A stretch of DNA of 64,000 nt, taken from assembly GCA_038064515.1 (NCBI GenBank), contig JBBTSY010000007.1:18249-82248 (forward strand). The letters run 5' to 3'. The translations under genes were made by a program, and so were the position numbers. This DNA is from Patescibacteria group bacterium. Lineage in GTDB: Bacteria > Patescibacteriota > Minisyncoccia > 2-02-FULL-40-12 > GWA2-44-9. Each line of letters begins with the position of its first letter. Positions within the stretch are counted from its first letter, which is position 1. Below the pieces are notes generated by a model. That model was not told the DNA's origin. It did not search any database and worked only from the letters and a program-made list of their open reading frames with translations. Of this stretch, positions 9,712-19,195 are shown in pieces.

Positions 9712-10146
9712 TTAGCTGACGGTTGCTTCAGCTTTTGGTTCTGTTGCCTCCTTAACTGATTCAGCGGGAGTTTCGGGCGCGGGAGGAGTCGGCTCGGCTT
9801 CCGGAGCGGCCATATCGGCAACTGGTTTTTCGGCCTTCGGAGCTACGGGAGCTGAAGCGGCCGCTACGGGGGCTTCTTTTACTTTCGGCCTCCAGCTTTC
9901 CATCTTCGGACGGTCCCATATTTTATAATTTACCATCAAATTATTGACGGTTGGCGAGATTTGAGCGCCCTTTGAGAGCCAGTACTCAATTCGTTCTTTT
10001 TCCGCCTTAAATTGTTTTTCGTGAGGATTATATGAACCTAAAAGTTCGAGGTATTTTCCCTGGGGCTTTTTCGTGTGTTCGACGGCGACAATGCGAAAAT
10101 AGGCTTGTCCTTTTTTGCCGATACGTTGTAGCCTGATCTTTAACAT
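9712..10146 (-). CDS. rpsP: 30S ribosomal protein bS16 with Ala/Pro-rich C-terminal extension
   Basis: 144 aa. The N-terminus is MLKIRLQRIGKKGQAYFRIVAVEHTKKPQGKYLELLGSYNP. A low-complexity A/P/E tail follows. Confidence 0.9.
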   Translation of the reverse strand: MLKIRLQRIGKKGQAYFRIVAVEHTKKPQGKYLELLGSYNPHEKQFKAEKERIEYWLSKGAQISPTVNNLMVNYKIWDRPKMESWRPKVKEAPVAAASAPVAPKAEKPVADMAAPEAEPTPPAPETPAESVKEATEPKAEATVS

Positions 10147-10200
10147 AAATGACCTGAAAATGATAACAGAAGTTCTCTATTTAGGCAAGTTAGGTAAAAA

Positions 10201-10896
10201 TTATGCCCATTTTTTATTCTGAAGGGCGTCTTGAGCGGCGCGCTGTTGGGCATCCTGCTTCGAGGGGCCCTCGCCTACCCCCGCTTGATCCTTACCTAGG
10301 AAAACGCCAACTTTGAAGTTGCGAGCATGGTCGGGACCCCACTCCTCAATAACTTCATACGTCGGCGTAATTCCCAGACGTTCTTGGGCTTCTTCCTGCA
10401 ATACGCTCTTAGAATCGCGATAGGAGCCTTCTTTAATGATCGTCGTCAGCTTCACAAGGATAAAGTGCGCAATAAATTTCCGAGCCGCCTCGTAACCTTG
10501 ATCAAGATAAATTGCTCCGATGAGCGCCTCCATGGCATTCGCAAGGATATATTGCCGAGCGCGACCAGTATCCTTTGCCTCCCCTTTTGAAAGGAGTAGA
10601 AACATATTCAGATCAAAATCTTGTGAAATCTGCGCAAGTGTATTGGCATTCACGAGCGCGGCGCGCCAATTCGTTAACTCTCCTTCCGGGTTTGGATAGT
10701 TGGCATAAAGATATTCCGTTACCACTAATTCCAAAACGGCATCGCCGAGAAATTCAAGGCGCTCGTTCTGATCCAACCCCCAATCAGGAGTTTCATTGAG
10801 ATAGGATCGATGAGTCATCGCCTGACGGGCGAGATCCTTATTCTTAAAAACATAATCAATACGTGACTCTAGTTCAGAGAGTAGATCTTCAGTCAT
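10201..10896 (-). CDS. rnc: Ribonuclease III
   Basis: 231 aa. The RNase III signature ERLEFLGDAVLELVVTEYLY is present, followed by a C-terminal dsRBD. Confidence 0.9.
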   Translation of the reverse strand: MTEDLLSELESRIDYVFKNKDLARQAMTHRSYLNETPDWGLDQNERLEFLGDAVLELVVTEYLYANYPNPEGELTNWRAALVNANTLAQISQDFDLNMFLLLSKGEAKDTGRARQYILANAMEALIGAIYLDQGYEAARKFIAHFILVKLTTIIKEGSYRDSKSVLQEEAQERLGITPTYEVIEEWGPDHARNFKVGVFLGKDQAGVGEGPSKQDAQQRAAQDALQNKKWA

Positions 10897-10956
10897 CTAT
10901 TTCCAGAGCGTTCAGAGTCCAGTACTTCGCATAGGCGCAGTACTCAACGCTAAAAG

Positions 10957-11457
10957 CTACTGTTCACTTGATACTTCTTTACCCGCATCTTCGCTGTCTT
11001 CATCGCGCTTCATTTTCGGCGCATCATTTTTACCCGGCTCGCCTATCTCGCGATACACTGTACCGAGAACGCCATTCACGAATTTTCCGGACGATTCCCC
11101 TCCGAAGGATTTTGCCAGCTCAATCGCTTCATTAATAGCCACCTTAGGCGGCACCTCGCTCCGATCCCCGAAAAGCAGTTCAAACAGTCCAACACGAAGG
11201 ATATTGCGATCCACGATAGCAATCTGCTCCAACGGCCACTGGGGCGCCGCCTTGGTGAGAATCGCATCAATCTGGTCAATGTGCTGGATGACGCCGGCCA
11301 CAATTCGACGGATAAAACCGGTATCTTCCAAACCGGAAGCAAATTCGGCAATATTTCGCTCAACGATATCGGCAAGATTACTCATGAGCCTGCCCGTAAA
11401 GTCCCACTCGTAGAGGGATTGCATGGCTACTGATCGAGATAAATGACGTGAGGCCAT
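10957..11457 (-). CDS. nusB: Transcription antitermination factor NusB with acidic C-terminal tail
   Basis: 166 aa. The NusB core motifs [13 protein letters not shown] and [14 protein letters not shown] are present. Confidence 0.8.
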   Translation of the reverse strand: MASRHLSRSVAMQSLYEWDFTGRLMSNLADIVERNIAEFASGLEDTGFIRRIVAGVIQHIDQIDAILTKAAPQWPLEQIAIVDRNILRVGLFELLFGDRSEVPPKVAINEAIELAKSFGGESSGKFVNGVLGTVYREIGEPGKNDAPKMKRDEDSEDAGKEVSSEQ

Positions 11458-11473
11458 ATCTTAGAGAACCCGA

Positions 11474-11698
11474 CTATGCTCGCTGTTGATGGCGCTGTTT
11501 TTCTTGACGCTTTAGTTCTTTATCAAGAACATTAACGACTTCTCGGCCTTTGTAGTATCCGCATGACTTACATACGATATGCGGCAAAACCGCCTTCTTG
11601 CAGTGAGAGCATGTGGTAATACTTTGAGCCTTAAGCGCTAAATGGCTTCGGCGTCGACCCTGACGGCCTTTTGATAAATGATGTCGTGGTACTGCCAT
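11474..11698 (-). CDS. rpmF: 50S ribosomal protein bL32 (start trimmed from ORF-track 11770 to internal ATG 11698)
   Basis: MAVPRHHLSKGRQGRRRSHLALK... with the CxxC zinc knuckle (CSHC...CKSC). The extension upstream of MAVP lacks L32 similarity, and L32 proteins start MAV. Confidence 0.8.
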   Translation of the reverse strand: MAVPRHHLSKGRQGRRRSHLALKAQSITTCSHCKKAVLPHIVCKSCGYYKGREVVNVLDKELKRQEKQRHQQRA

Positions 11699-11888
11699 AA
11701 AATAACCCAAGAACTCTACCATGAAAGTAAAATTTGCGCAATCTTTCACAGCTTTCAGAAAGTTGTCCACATTGTGTGAGATTTTTGATTATTTTAATGC
11801 GCGCGCCAAGGAACTGCGGGCCTTTCTCGCACTTATTTGGTCGAATGCGTTCAGACAGTGTAGAATGAGGTGTCACCATATTGAGCTC

Positions 11889-14800
11889 ATGAAATTTACC
11901 CACCTACATACGCACAGTCACTATAGCCTTCTTGATGGTCTTTCCCGCATCGACGAGCTCGTCAACCGCGCTAAAGAGCTAGAGATGGACTCGCTCGCTA
12001 TAACTGATCACGGCGTTCTTTACGGAGCGATTGAATTTTACAAAAAAGCAAAAAAAGCGGGCATCAAACCGATCATCGGTTGCGAGATGTACGTCGCCGA
12101 CGGTAGCCGCCACGACAAGCGTCCCGGTATTGATGACAAGCGTTTTCATTTGGTCCTTCTGGCGAAAAATCAAGTGGGCTACAAAAATCTCATTAAGCTT
12201 GTTACTGCCGCGCATCTGGAGGGTTTCTATTATAAGCCACGTATTGATAAAGAGATTCTCCGTCAGCACTCTCAAGGACTAATTGCGCTTTCGGCATGCT
12301 TGGGCGGCGAACTTTCGCGGGCTCTCCATGCGGAAAATTACGAGAAGGCAAAAAGTATCGCGCGCGAATACCAAGAGATATTCGGCCCAGATAATTATTA
12401 CATCGAGATTCAACAGCATCCCAATATTCCCGAACAGAACACCGTCACGCCTCGGCTGATTACCCTCGCTCGCGAACTCGGATTGCCGCTAGTCGCCACG
12501 CAAGATTCCCATTATACGCACAGCGACGACGCCCACGCCCATGATGTGCTCTTGGCGGTTCAAACGGGAAATAAACTGGATGATAAGGATCGGCTTAGCA
12601 TGATCCAGGATAATTTTGCCCTCTTAAGTCAGGATGAGATGTATGAAAAGTTTAAAGTCCACGACAACACCGCCATCCAAGAAGCATTTGAAAACACCAA
12701 TAAGATCGCGTCGATGTGCAATTTAGACATCGAACTCAATAAAACCCTCTTGCCGGCCTTCCCTCTGCCTGATGGATACACCGAAGCGTATGACTATCTA
12801 AAAGAACTCTCTTATCGGGGTCTCAAAAAACGGTTCGGCGACAATCCCACGCCCGAAGCCATTGAGCGGCTTGAATATGAACTCGGGGTTATTAAGCAGA
12901 CGGGCTTTTCTTCGTACTTCCTAATCGTGCAGGATTTTGTAAACTGGGCCAAGAATAACGGCATTGTTGTCGGTCCGGGCCGCGGTTCCGCCGCCGGCGC
13001 TCTCGTATCATATCTTCTCAATATCACCAATATTGATCCGCTCAAGTATAATCTCCTCTTCGAACGGTTTCTCAACCCGGAACGCATATCAATGCCTGAT
13101 ATTGATTTAGATTTTGCCGACTATCGCAAAGATGAAGTATTGAAATACGTTTCTGAAAAATACGGTCAGGATCATGTAGCCCAGATCATCACCTTCGGCA
13201 CTATGGCTGCCCGAGGCGGCATCCGCGACGCCGGCCGAGCATTAGGATTTTCTTATGATTTCTGCGATCGCGTGGCCAAGATGGTGCCGAACAACCCGAA
13301 CATGAACGACAAGAGCGGCTTCCTAAAAAAGTGCATTGAAAATGTCGCCGAACTTAGAGAAGCATATACCAGCAATGCGGATGTAAAAAAACTTGTCGAT
13401 ACGGCCATGAAACTCGAGGGCGTGGCTCGGCACTCCTCTACGCACGCATGCGCTGTCGTTATTACGCCTCTTCCACTCACTGAATATGTCCCCCTCCAGC
13501 GCGATAGCAATGACGGTAATCTGATTACGCAATACGAAATGCACGCGATCGAAGATTTGGGACTTTTAAAAATGGATTTCCTGGGATTGGCAAACCTTTC
13601 GATTATCGAAGATACGCTCAACCTTGTTCGCCACAATCACGGCAAGATAATCGATATAGATACTATTCCGCTCGATGACTCCAAATCATTCAAGCTCCTG
13701 CAGACCGCTAAAACCACCGGAGTTTTTCAACTGGAGAGTTCGGGCATGAAGCGCTATCTCAAGGAGCTCAAACCTACGGAGATTGAGGATATTATCGCCA
13801 TGGTTTCGTTATACCGTCCTGGCCCAATGGACCTTATCCCCGATTACATCGCCCGCAAACACAAAAAACAGGCAGTTCAATTCCTCTACCCAACACTCCA
13901 GCCTGTCTTAAAAAATACCTACGGCATCATGGTCTACCAGGAACAGCTTATTGAGGCGGTACGCGTACTCGCCGGTTTCACGCGTCCGGAAGCCGACGTG
14001 TTGCGCAAAGCTGTCGGTAAAAAGATCAAATCACTTTTGGATGAGCAGGAAGGTAAATTTAAGTCCGGCTGTGAGAAGGTCGGCACTCCTTCGACAATTG
14101 CCAATAAATTCTGGGAACTCGTGGAACCATTCAACCGCTATGCTTTTAACCGATCCCATGCGGCTTGCTATGCTATGATCGCGTATCAGACTGCGTACCT
14201 TAAAGCCAACTACCCGCACGAATTCATGGCGGCGTTCATGAATAGCGAAACGGGCGACGTGGAACGCATCGCTTTTCTTATTGATGAATGCAAAGATATG
14301 GGCATCAACGTTCTCGCTCCGGATATCAACGAAAGTTACGAACGATTTACCGTAATAGCGCGTAGCGAGAAGCCGGCCATCCGCTTCGGATTGACTGCCG
14401 TTAAAAATGTCGGCGAGCATATCGTAAAAAATATCATTCAAGAGCGCAAAGCTTCGGGACCCTATAAAAACATTGAGGACTTCGCGACCCGAGTCCACGG
14501 CAAAGATTTAAATAAAAAATCGCTAGAGAGCCTGGTGCGTTGCGGGGCATTCGATGCTTTTGGTGAGCGCAACATGCTCTTGGCCAATCTCGATCATCTT
14601 CTGAACTACGCCCGCGAAAAACAGAAAAATTCTTCAATGGGACAAGTCAGCCTCTTCGGCGATACGGCCGAGGCCTTGCCACCGCTGACCCTTGTCGCCG
14701 CTCCTGCCGTACAGAAATGGGAAAAACTGATGTGGGAAAAGGAACTTCTAGGCCTCTTTGTCTCCGAACATCCGCTTAGTGAATATGAATCAACACTTCG

Positions 14801-15113
14801 ATTGGAAAAAGTAACCGCCATCAAGGACTTAAATAATATGACCGCTACGGCCAAGATTGGCGGTGTCATCACCAGAACCCAAAAGATCATCACCAAAACC
14901 GGTAAACCAATGATATTCACTTGGCTCGAGGATATGAGTTCAAAGATTGAAGTTGTAGTCTTCCCGAATGTGTTGGAGAAATACCCTGATGCCTGGGGTG
15001 AAAATCAGATTGTCGTCATGCGCGGCAAGGTCAATGAGCGCGACGGTACGCCAAAATTCATGTGTGATTCCATTAAGCCGATTGCCACTCTTAGCGCTGT
15101 CGCTCCCGCATAA
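11889..15113 (+). CDS. dnaE: DNA polymerase III alpha subunit (start trimmed from 11721 to ATG 11889)
   Basis: The PHP domain N-terminus is MKFTHLHTHSHYSLLDG, and a GAGGTG SD lies upstream. Polymerase core motifs (GPGRGSAAGALV, LKMDFLGL) and a C-terminal OB fold are present. The 56-codon ORF extension upstream has no DnaE similarity. Confidence 0.95.
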   Translation: MKFTHLHTHSHYSLLDGLSRIDELVNRAKELEMDSLAITDHGVLYGAIEFYKKAKKAGIKPIIGCEMYVADGSRHDKRPGIDDKRFHLVLLAKNQVGYKNLIKLVTAAHLEGFYYKPRIDKEILRQHSQGLIALSACLGGELSRALHAENYEKAKSIAREYQEIFGPDNYYIEIQQHPNIPEQNTVTPRLITLARELGLPLVATQDSHYTHSDDAHAHDVLLAVQTGNKLDDKDRLSMIQDNFALLSQDEMYEKFKVHDNTAIQEAFENTNKIASMCNLDIELNKTLLPAFPLPDGYTEAYDYLKELSYRGLKKRFGDNPTPEAIERLEYELGVIKQTGFSSYFLIVQDFVNWAKNNGIVVGPGRGSAAGALVSYLLNITNIDPLKYNLLFERFLNPERISMPDIDLDFADYRKDEVLKYVSEKYGQDHVAQIITFGTMAARGGIRDAGRALGFSYDFCDRVAKMVPNNPNMNDKSGFLKKCIENVAELREAYTSNADVKKLVDTAMKLEGVARHSSTHACAVVITPLPLTEYVPLQRDSNDGNLITQYEMHAIEDLGLLKMDFLGLANLSIIEDTLNLVRHNHGKIIDIDTIPLDDSKSFKLLQTAKTTGVFQLESSGMKRYLKELKPTEIEDIIAMVSLYRPGPMDLIPDYIARKHKKQAVQFLYPTLQPVLKNTYGIMVYQEQLIEAVRVLAGFTRPEADVLRKAVGKKIKSLLDEQEGKFKSGCEKVGTPSTIANKFWELVEPFNRYAFNRSHAACYAMIAYQTAYLKANYPHEFMAAFMNSETGDVERIAFLIDECKDMGINVLAPDINESYERFTVIARSEKPAIRFGLTAVKNVGEHIVKNIIQERKASGPYKNIEDFATRVHGKDLNKKSLESLVRCGAFDAFGERNMLLANLDHLLNYAREKQKNSSMGQVSLFGDTAEALPPLTLVAAPAVQKWEKLMWEKELLGLFVSEHPLSEYESTLRLEKVTAIKDLNNMTATAKIGGVITRTQKIITKTGKPMIFTWLEDMSSKIEVVVFPNVLEKYPDAWGENQIVVMRGKVNERDGTPKFMCDSIKPIATLSAVAPA

Positions 15114-15151
15114 TAAAGTAGGCCGCCCCTGATGTAGCACTGGGGCGGCGG

Positions 15152-15421
15152 TCACTGGTTCTCGATCTTCTTCAGGCCAGCGAGAGTCTTACTCACCAAA
15201 AATGTCATCTGGCTGATCTCCATTTCGCTCAAGTCTCTTTGCATTCGGTGGATGTTGAGCACTTCTCGATAGAGTCTCGCCGCATCATTTATGATCTCTC
15301 GCTGCCGGCTTTTATCGCCTCGCGCGTAGCGAGACAAAACCTTAACGAAAGTCTTAATGTCTTCGGCGATTTCCTCTCGAAGCTGGTCGAAAGTAGGTGT
15401 TTTCGCGACAGCCATAGGCAC
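15152..15421 (-). CDS. Hypothetical small protein (89 aa)
   Basis: ORF convergent with dnaE. It shares a GC-rich hairpin (GCCGCCCC...GGGGCGGC, approximately 15122-15152) with the dnaE 3' end. No recognisable domain. Confidence 0.3.
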   Translation of the reverse strand: MPMAVAKTPTFDQLREEIAEDIKTFVKVLSRYARGDKSRQREIINDAARLYREVLNIHRMQRDLSEMEISQMTFLVSKTLAGLKKIENQ

Positions 15422-15535
15422 CTCCTTTCAGCGTAGGCTGTAGGTCCTAGTTAAACCATACCATTCTCTCGCATAAAATCAAAAAAGGACGAATCCCTTT
15501 ATTTCTAAAGGTTATTTTGATATCCTGAAAACACC

Positions 15536-17254
15536 ATGAATCAGCTTGAAGCAAAGCGTCACTCGCTTGCCCATCTGCTTGCCGCGGCTGTTTTAGAATT
15601 GTACCCCGACGCCCAACGCGCCATCGGTCCCGCAATCGATAACGGTTTTTACTACGACATAAAATTCGCAACGCCCATCTCTAATGACGATCTTCCAAAG
15701 ATCGAAGCCAAGATGCGCGAGATCTTTTCCACTTGGAATAAATTTGAAGGAAAGGAAGTGGATAAGGAAACAGCGCTTAATACTTTCAAGGGCAACCCTT
15801 TTAAACAAGAACTTATTGATGAGATCGCAGACAAGGGTGAAAAACTGACCCTTTATACTTCCGGTTCTTACGTCGATCTATGTCGTGGCGGCCATGCTGA
15901 AAGCATGAGCCAAATCAAGCCTGATTCGTTCAAGCTCTCCCACGTGGCAGGCGCGTACTGGCGCGGCGATGAAAAAAACATGATGCTGACTCGCATCTAC
16001 GGGCTGGCATTCGATACAAGAGAAGAGCTCATGCAGTATGAAATAATGATCGAGGAAGCCAGAAGACGAGACCATAAGATTCTTGGACCCCAATTAGAGC
16101 TTTTTATGTTTCATCACACCTCCCCGGGGATGCCGTATTGGTTGCCCAAAGGAGTTATTCTCTATAACGAACTTGTGCGCTTTTGGCGAGAGGAGCATCA
16201 GCAAAAGGGATACCAGGAAATTGTTTCGCCAGTGCTCAATAAAAAAGAACTCTATATTACTTCCGGGCATTACGATCATTACTGGCCGGATATGTTTGTA
16301 GCAGATATGGGAGAAAATGAGGTATACGGAGTAAAGGCGATGAATTGCCCCAATGCAATGGTGGTATTCGGCTGGAAAGGACGAAGTTATCGCGACCTTC
16401 CCCTTCGCCTCTCGGATACAGATCCTCTCCACCGTTATGAGCGCTCGGGTACTCTCAATGGTTTGCTTCGTGTGCGGGAATTCCGTCAAGATGACGCCCA
16501 TATTTTTGTTACGGAAGAGCAGATCGGAGATGAATACAAAGAGGTTTTTAAAATCGTAGAAAGATTCTATTCAATTTTTGGCATGCAATACTCCTTCCGA
16601 CTCGGCACACGCCCAGAAAAATTCATGGGCGACGTTGAAACTTGGGATAAAGCAGAACAAACTCTTCGTGAGATACTTGCTGAAAGCGGAAAAGGATATA
16701 CAGTTTTGGAAGGAGATGGCACTTTTTATGGCCCAAAGGTAGATATCCTCATGAAAGATGCCATTGGCCGCGAGTGGCAGATGGGAACGGTTCAACTTGA
16801 TTTCCAGCAGCCTCGTCGATTCAATTTGGGATATACCGCGGTAGACGGAAGCAAGAAAACCCCTGTTGCCATACATAGAGTCATCTACGGGTCGCTGGAA
16901 CGGTTTATCGGCATCATCATTGAACACTTCGCTGGCGCATTTCCCGTCTGGCTTTCTCCCGTCCAAGTTTCGATACTTCCCATCACCGACAAGCAAAATA
17001 ACTACGTCCAAGAGGTGGCAGATCAGTTGCGCTCTGCCGGCATCCGCCTAGAAATAAGCTCCGACAATGAAACAATTGGCAAAAAGATTCGTTCGGCAGA
17101 GATAATGAAGATTCCTTACTTCTTGATTATCGGCCAGAAGGAACAGGATGCACATACCGTTGCTGTTCGTCAGCGCGGTAAGGGGGATCTCGGACCAATG
17201 AATATCTCAGAATTTATTAAGAAAATAAAAACCGAGAGCGAAACCCGCAGTTAA
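15536..17254 (+). CDS. thrS: Threonyl-tRNA synthetase lacking the N-terminal TGS domain
   Basis: 572 aa. The protein begins in the N2/editing-like domain (HSLAHLLAAAV His pair). A class II core and C-terminal anticodon-binding domain follow. It is about 70 aa shorter than TGS-containing ThrRS. Confidence 0.95.
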   Translation: MNQLEAKRHSLAHLLAAAVLELYPDAQRAIGPAIDNGFYYDIKFATPISNDDLPKIEAKMREIFSTWNKFEGKEVDKETALNTFKGNPFKQELIDEIADKGEKLTLYTSGSYVDLCRGGHAESMSQIKPDSFKLSHVAGAYWRGDEKNMMLTRIYGLAFDTREELMQYEIMIEEARRRDHKILGPQLELFMFHHTSPGMPYWLPKGVILYNELVRFWREEHQQKGYQEIVSPVLNKKELYITSGHYDHYWPDMFVADMGENEVYGVKAMNCPNAMVVFGWKGRSYRDLPLRLSDTDPLHRYERSGTLNGLLRVREFRQDDAHIFVTEEQIGDEYKEVFKIVERFYSIFGMQYSFRLGTRPEKFMGDVETWDKAEQTLREILAESGKGYTVLEGDGTFYGPKVDILMKDAIGREWQMGTVQLDFQQPRRFNLGYTAVDGSKKTPVAIHRVIYGSLERFIGIIIEHFAGAFPVWLSPVQVSILPITDKQNNYVQEVADQLRSAGIRLEISSDNETIGKKIRSAEIMKIPYFLIIGQKEQDAHTVAVRQRGKGDLGPMNISEFIKKIKTESETRS

Positions 17255-17946
17255 AAGCCTTCGACAGTATATTTTGTCTCAACAAACGCAAACGCAGAAT
17301 TCAAAATAAGTTTAAGCGATTCTTCTACCCCGTCAAAGAGCGTTGGAAGTTTGAAAATTTCCTCTTTAGTCATCCAGCAGTTTTTGCCTCCAGGAAACTC
17401 ACTATGCAATCCTCCAGAAACATTATCGACACGGACAGTAAAAAAATACTTGTCATCGAGTAATTCCCCGCTCGCCGAATAATCCATTTTGTGCTTAACC
17501 GCAGAAAGCCGAAGATCTCCCTCTAATCCAGTCTCCTCCTCCAATTCCCGAGCCGCCGCTTCAAGCACTGTTTCACCGCGCTTAATTTTCCCCGTAATAA
17601 AACCATGATATCCATAGTATGGTTGTTTCAATCTCTGTTGCACAAGATACTTTTCTCCCTGCGTCGCTACGACGAGAACGCCTATTTTTGCTTGCATTTC
17701 AAGCGCGACAACCTTACTATCAGTATCTAGTCGGCCGGCATAATCTTTTCCGGGAATCGTAAGTCGATAAGTACCTTCTACCGTTTTCTCTATAAGTCCA
17801 AGCTCAACCAACCGTTTGAGATGAAACGTAAACTGATCATTAGGCATTTTTGAAATGTTGAGATCTGAAAAGCGCGCATCGTGAACAAACATAAGTTCCT
17901 TCAGAATATCTGCTTGTATCTTGTGTAAATCTCCGATATTAGTCAT
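17251..17946 (-). CDS. Nudix hydrolase with N-terminal winged-helix domain
   Basis: 231 aa. The Nudix box is GKIKRGETVLEAAARELEEETG. The N-terminal approximately 90 aa is wHTH-like (LHKIQADILKEL...LKRLVELGLIEK). Confidence 0.75.
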   Translation of the reverse strand: MTNIGDLHKIQADILKELMFVHDARFSDLNISKMPNDQFTFHLKRLVELGLIEKTVEGTYRLTIPGKDYAGRLDTDSKVVALEMQAKIGVLVVATQGEKYLVQQRLKQPYYGYHGFITGKIKRGETVLEAAARELEEETGLEGDLRLSAVKHKMDYSASGELLDDKYFFTVRVDNVSGGLHSEFPGGKNCWMTKEEIFKLPTLFDGVEESLKLILNSAFAFVETKYTVEGF

Positions 17947-18004
17947 ATGGGCTATCCTAGACGACCGCGTGCAAGAAGTCTAGTGAAGTCCACTTAACCG
18001 AATT

Positions 18005-19000
18005 GTGGATATGAAGTCGCATCCCAAACTCATTGTTATCATTGGACTAACCGCATCTGGAAAATCAGATCTGGGGATTTTTCTTGCCCTTCGACTAAGC
18101 TCAGGGCGAGCCCAAAAAGAATTCAATATCAAAGGTGTTGAAATCATCTCGGCCGATTCGCGCCAAGTATACCGCGGCATGGATATCGGCACCGGCAAAG
18201 TAACGAAACAAGAACAAAGACTAGCTCGCCACTGGATGCTCGATATCGCTTCTCCTACCCGCCAGTATTCGGTTGCGCGGTTCAAACGCGAAGCACAGAG
18301 GACAATCCGTAACATCACGCGCCGTGACAAACTTCCTATTATCTGTGGCGGCACTGGATTCTGGATCGATACACTGGTGTACGACCTATCACTGCCGCCC
18401 GTGAAGCCAAACGCGAAACTTCGCGCGCAATTGCGTAAACTCCCGACAACACAGCTCTACACACGCTTGAAAAAGCTCGATCCTGTGCGCGCCGCAACCA
18501 TTGATAGGTATAATTCCGTCCGCCTCATTCGCGCTCTGGAAATCGTGATGACGACCGGCAGACCCGTGCCCACTCAAGTTCACCTGCTTGCCGGCGAGAC
18601 AGGAAGTGAAAAGTTCAAAGTAAAAAGTAGATGGGAAGTGCTCTATCTGGGAATAAGTATCCCGAAGGAGAAGCTTGTCCGGCGCATTGAGAAACGATTA
18701 GATGCTCGGTTGAAGCAAGGTATGATTACCGAGGTACGCCGTCTGCATATCGACGGTGTTAGTTGGAAACGTCTGGAATCGTTCGGCCTCGAGTACCGCT
18801 GGGTCACGCGCTTTATCAGACATGAAATTACGCGCGCGCAAATGCGCGACAGGCTCCTGCATGACATCATTGTCTACGCCAAACGTCAGATGACGTGGTT
18901 TAAGCGGAACAAAGATATCCATTGGCTCAACGCTTCGGCAGGCTCGACACAAGCCAAAAGCCAGGCACTTGGCCTGGTTCAGAAATTCCTGAAATCTTAG
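18005..19000 (+). CDS. miaA: tRNA dimethylallyltransferase
   Basis: 331 aa. A P-loop (GLTASGKS) is present, together with the MiaA signature SADSRQVYRGMDIGTGK. Confidence 0.9.
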   Translation: MDMKSHPKLIVIIGLTASGKSDLGIFLALRLSSGRAQKEFNIKGVEIISADSRQVYRGMDIGTGKVTKQEQRLARHWMLDIASPTRQYSVARFKREAQRTIRNITRRDKLPIICGGTGFWIDTLVYDLSLPPVKPNAKLRAQLRKLPTTQLYTRLKKLDPVRAATIDRYNSVRLIRALEIVMTTGRPVPTQVHLLAGETGSEKFKVKSRWEVLYLGISIPKEKLVRRIEKRLDARLKQGMITEVRRLHIDGVSWKRLESFGLEYRWVTRFIRHEITRAQMRDRLLHDIIVYAKRQMTWFKRNKDIHWLNASAGSTQAKSQALGLVQKFLKS

Positions 19001-19194
19001 GCAATTTCCGTGCCCTCGGGGGCTTGCCGTGTTTCTTCTTCGCGCCGCATTCGTTCCTGATCTAAGGCTTCCCTTTCTTTTTCTTGATTCACGTGCTTCG
19101 TAGCTTCCTCTCGAAGATCCTGGTTGGCCGTATTCGGATCAGGACGCTGATTATAGCTCGCAAGTGTTGCCCATATTTTCTTTAAAAATGGCAT
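18997..19194 (-). CDS. Hypothetical small charged protein (65 aa) immediately downstream of gatB
   Basis: ORF only. Highly charged E/R/K composition. It could be spurious. Confidence 0.2.
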   Translation of the reverse strand: MPFLKKIWATLASYNQRPDPNTANQDLREEATKHVNQEKEREALDQERMRREEETRQAPEGTEIA

Positions 19195-19195
19195 A

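Noticed and set aside
11721-11888. 56-codon N-terminal extension of dnaE ORF and 24-codon extension of rpmF ORF
   Set aside because: Conserved protein N-termini (MKFTHLHTHS for the PHP domain, MAVPRHH for L32) start at internal ATGs. The extensions lie in the divergent intergenic promoter region.
15119-15156. GC-rich hairpin GGCCGCCCC...GGGGCGGCGG after dnaE
   Set aside because: It is probably just a bidirectional terminator for convergent genes. No T-tract is present on the + strand, so it was not listed as a confident feature.
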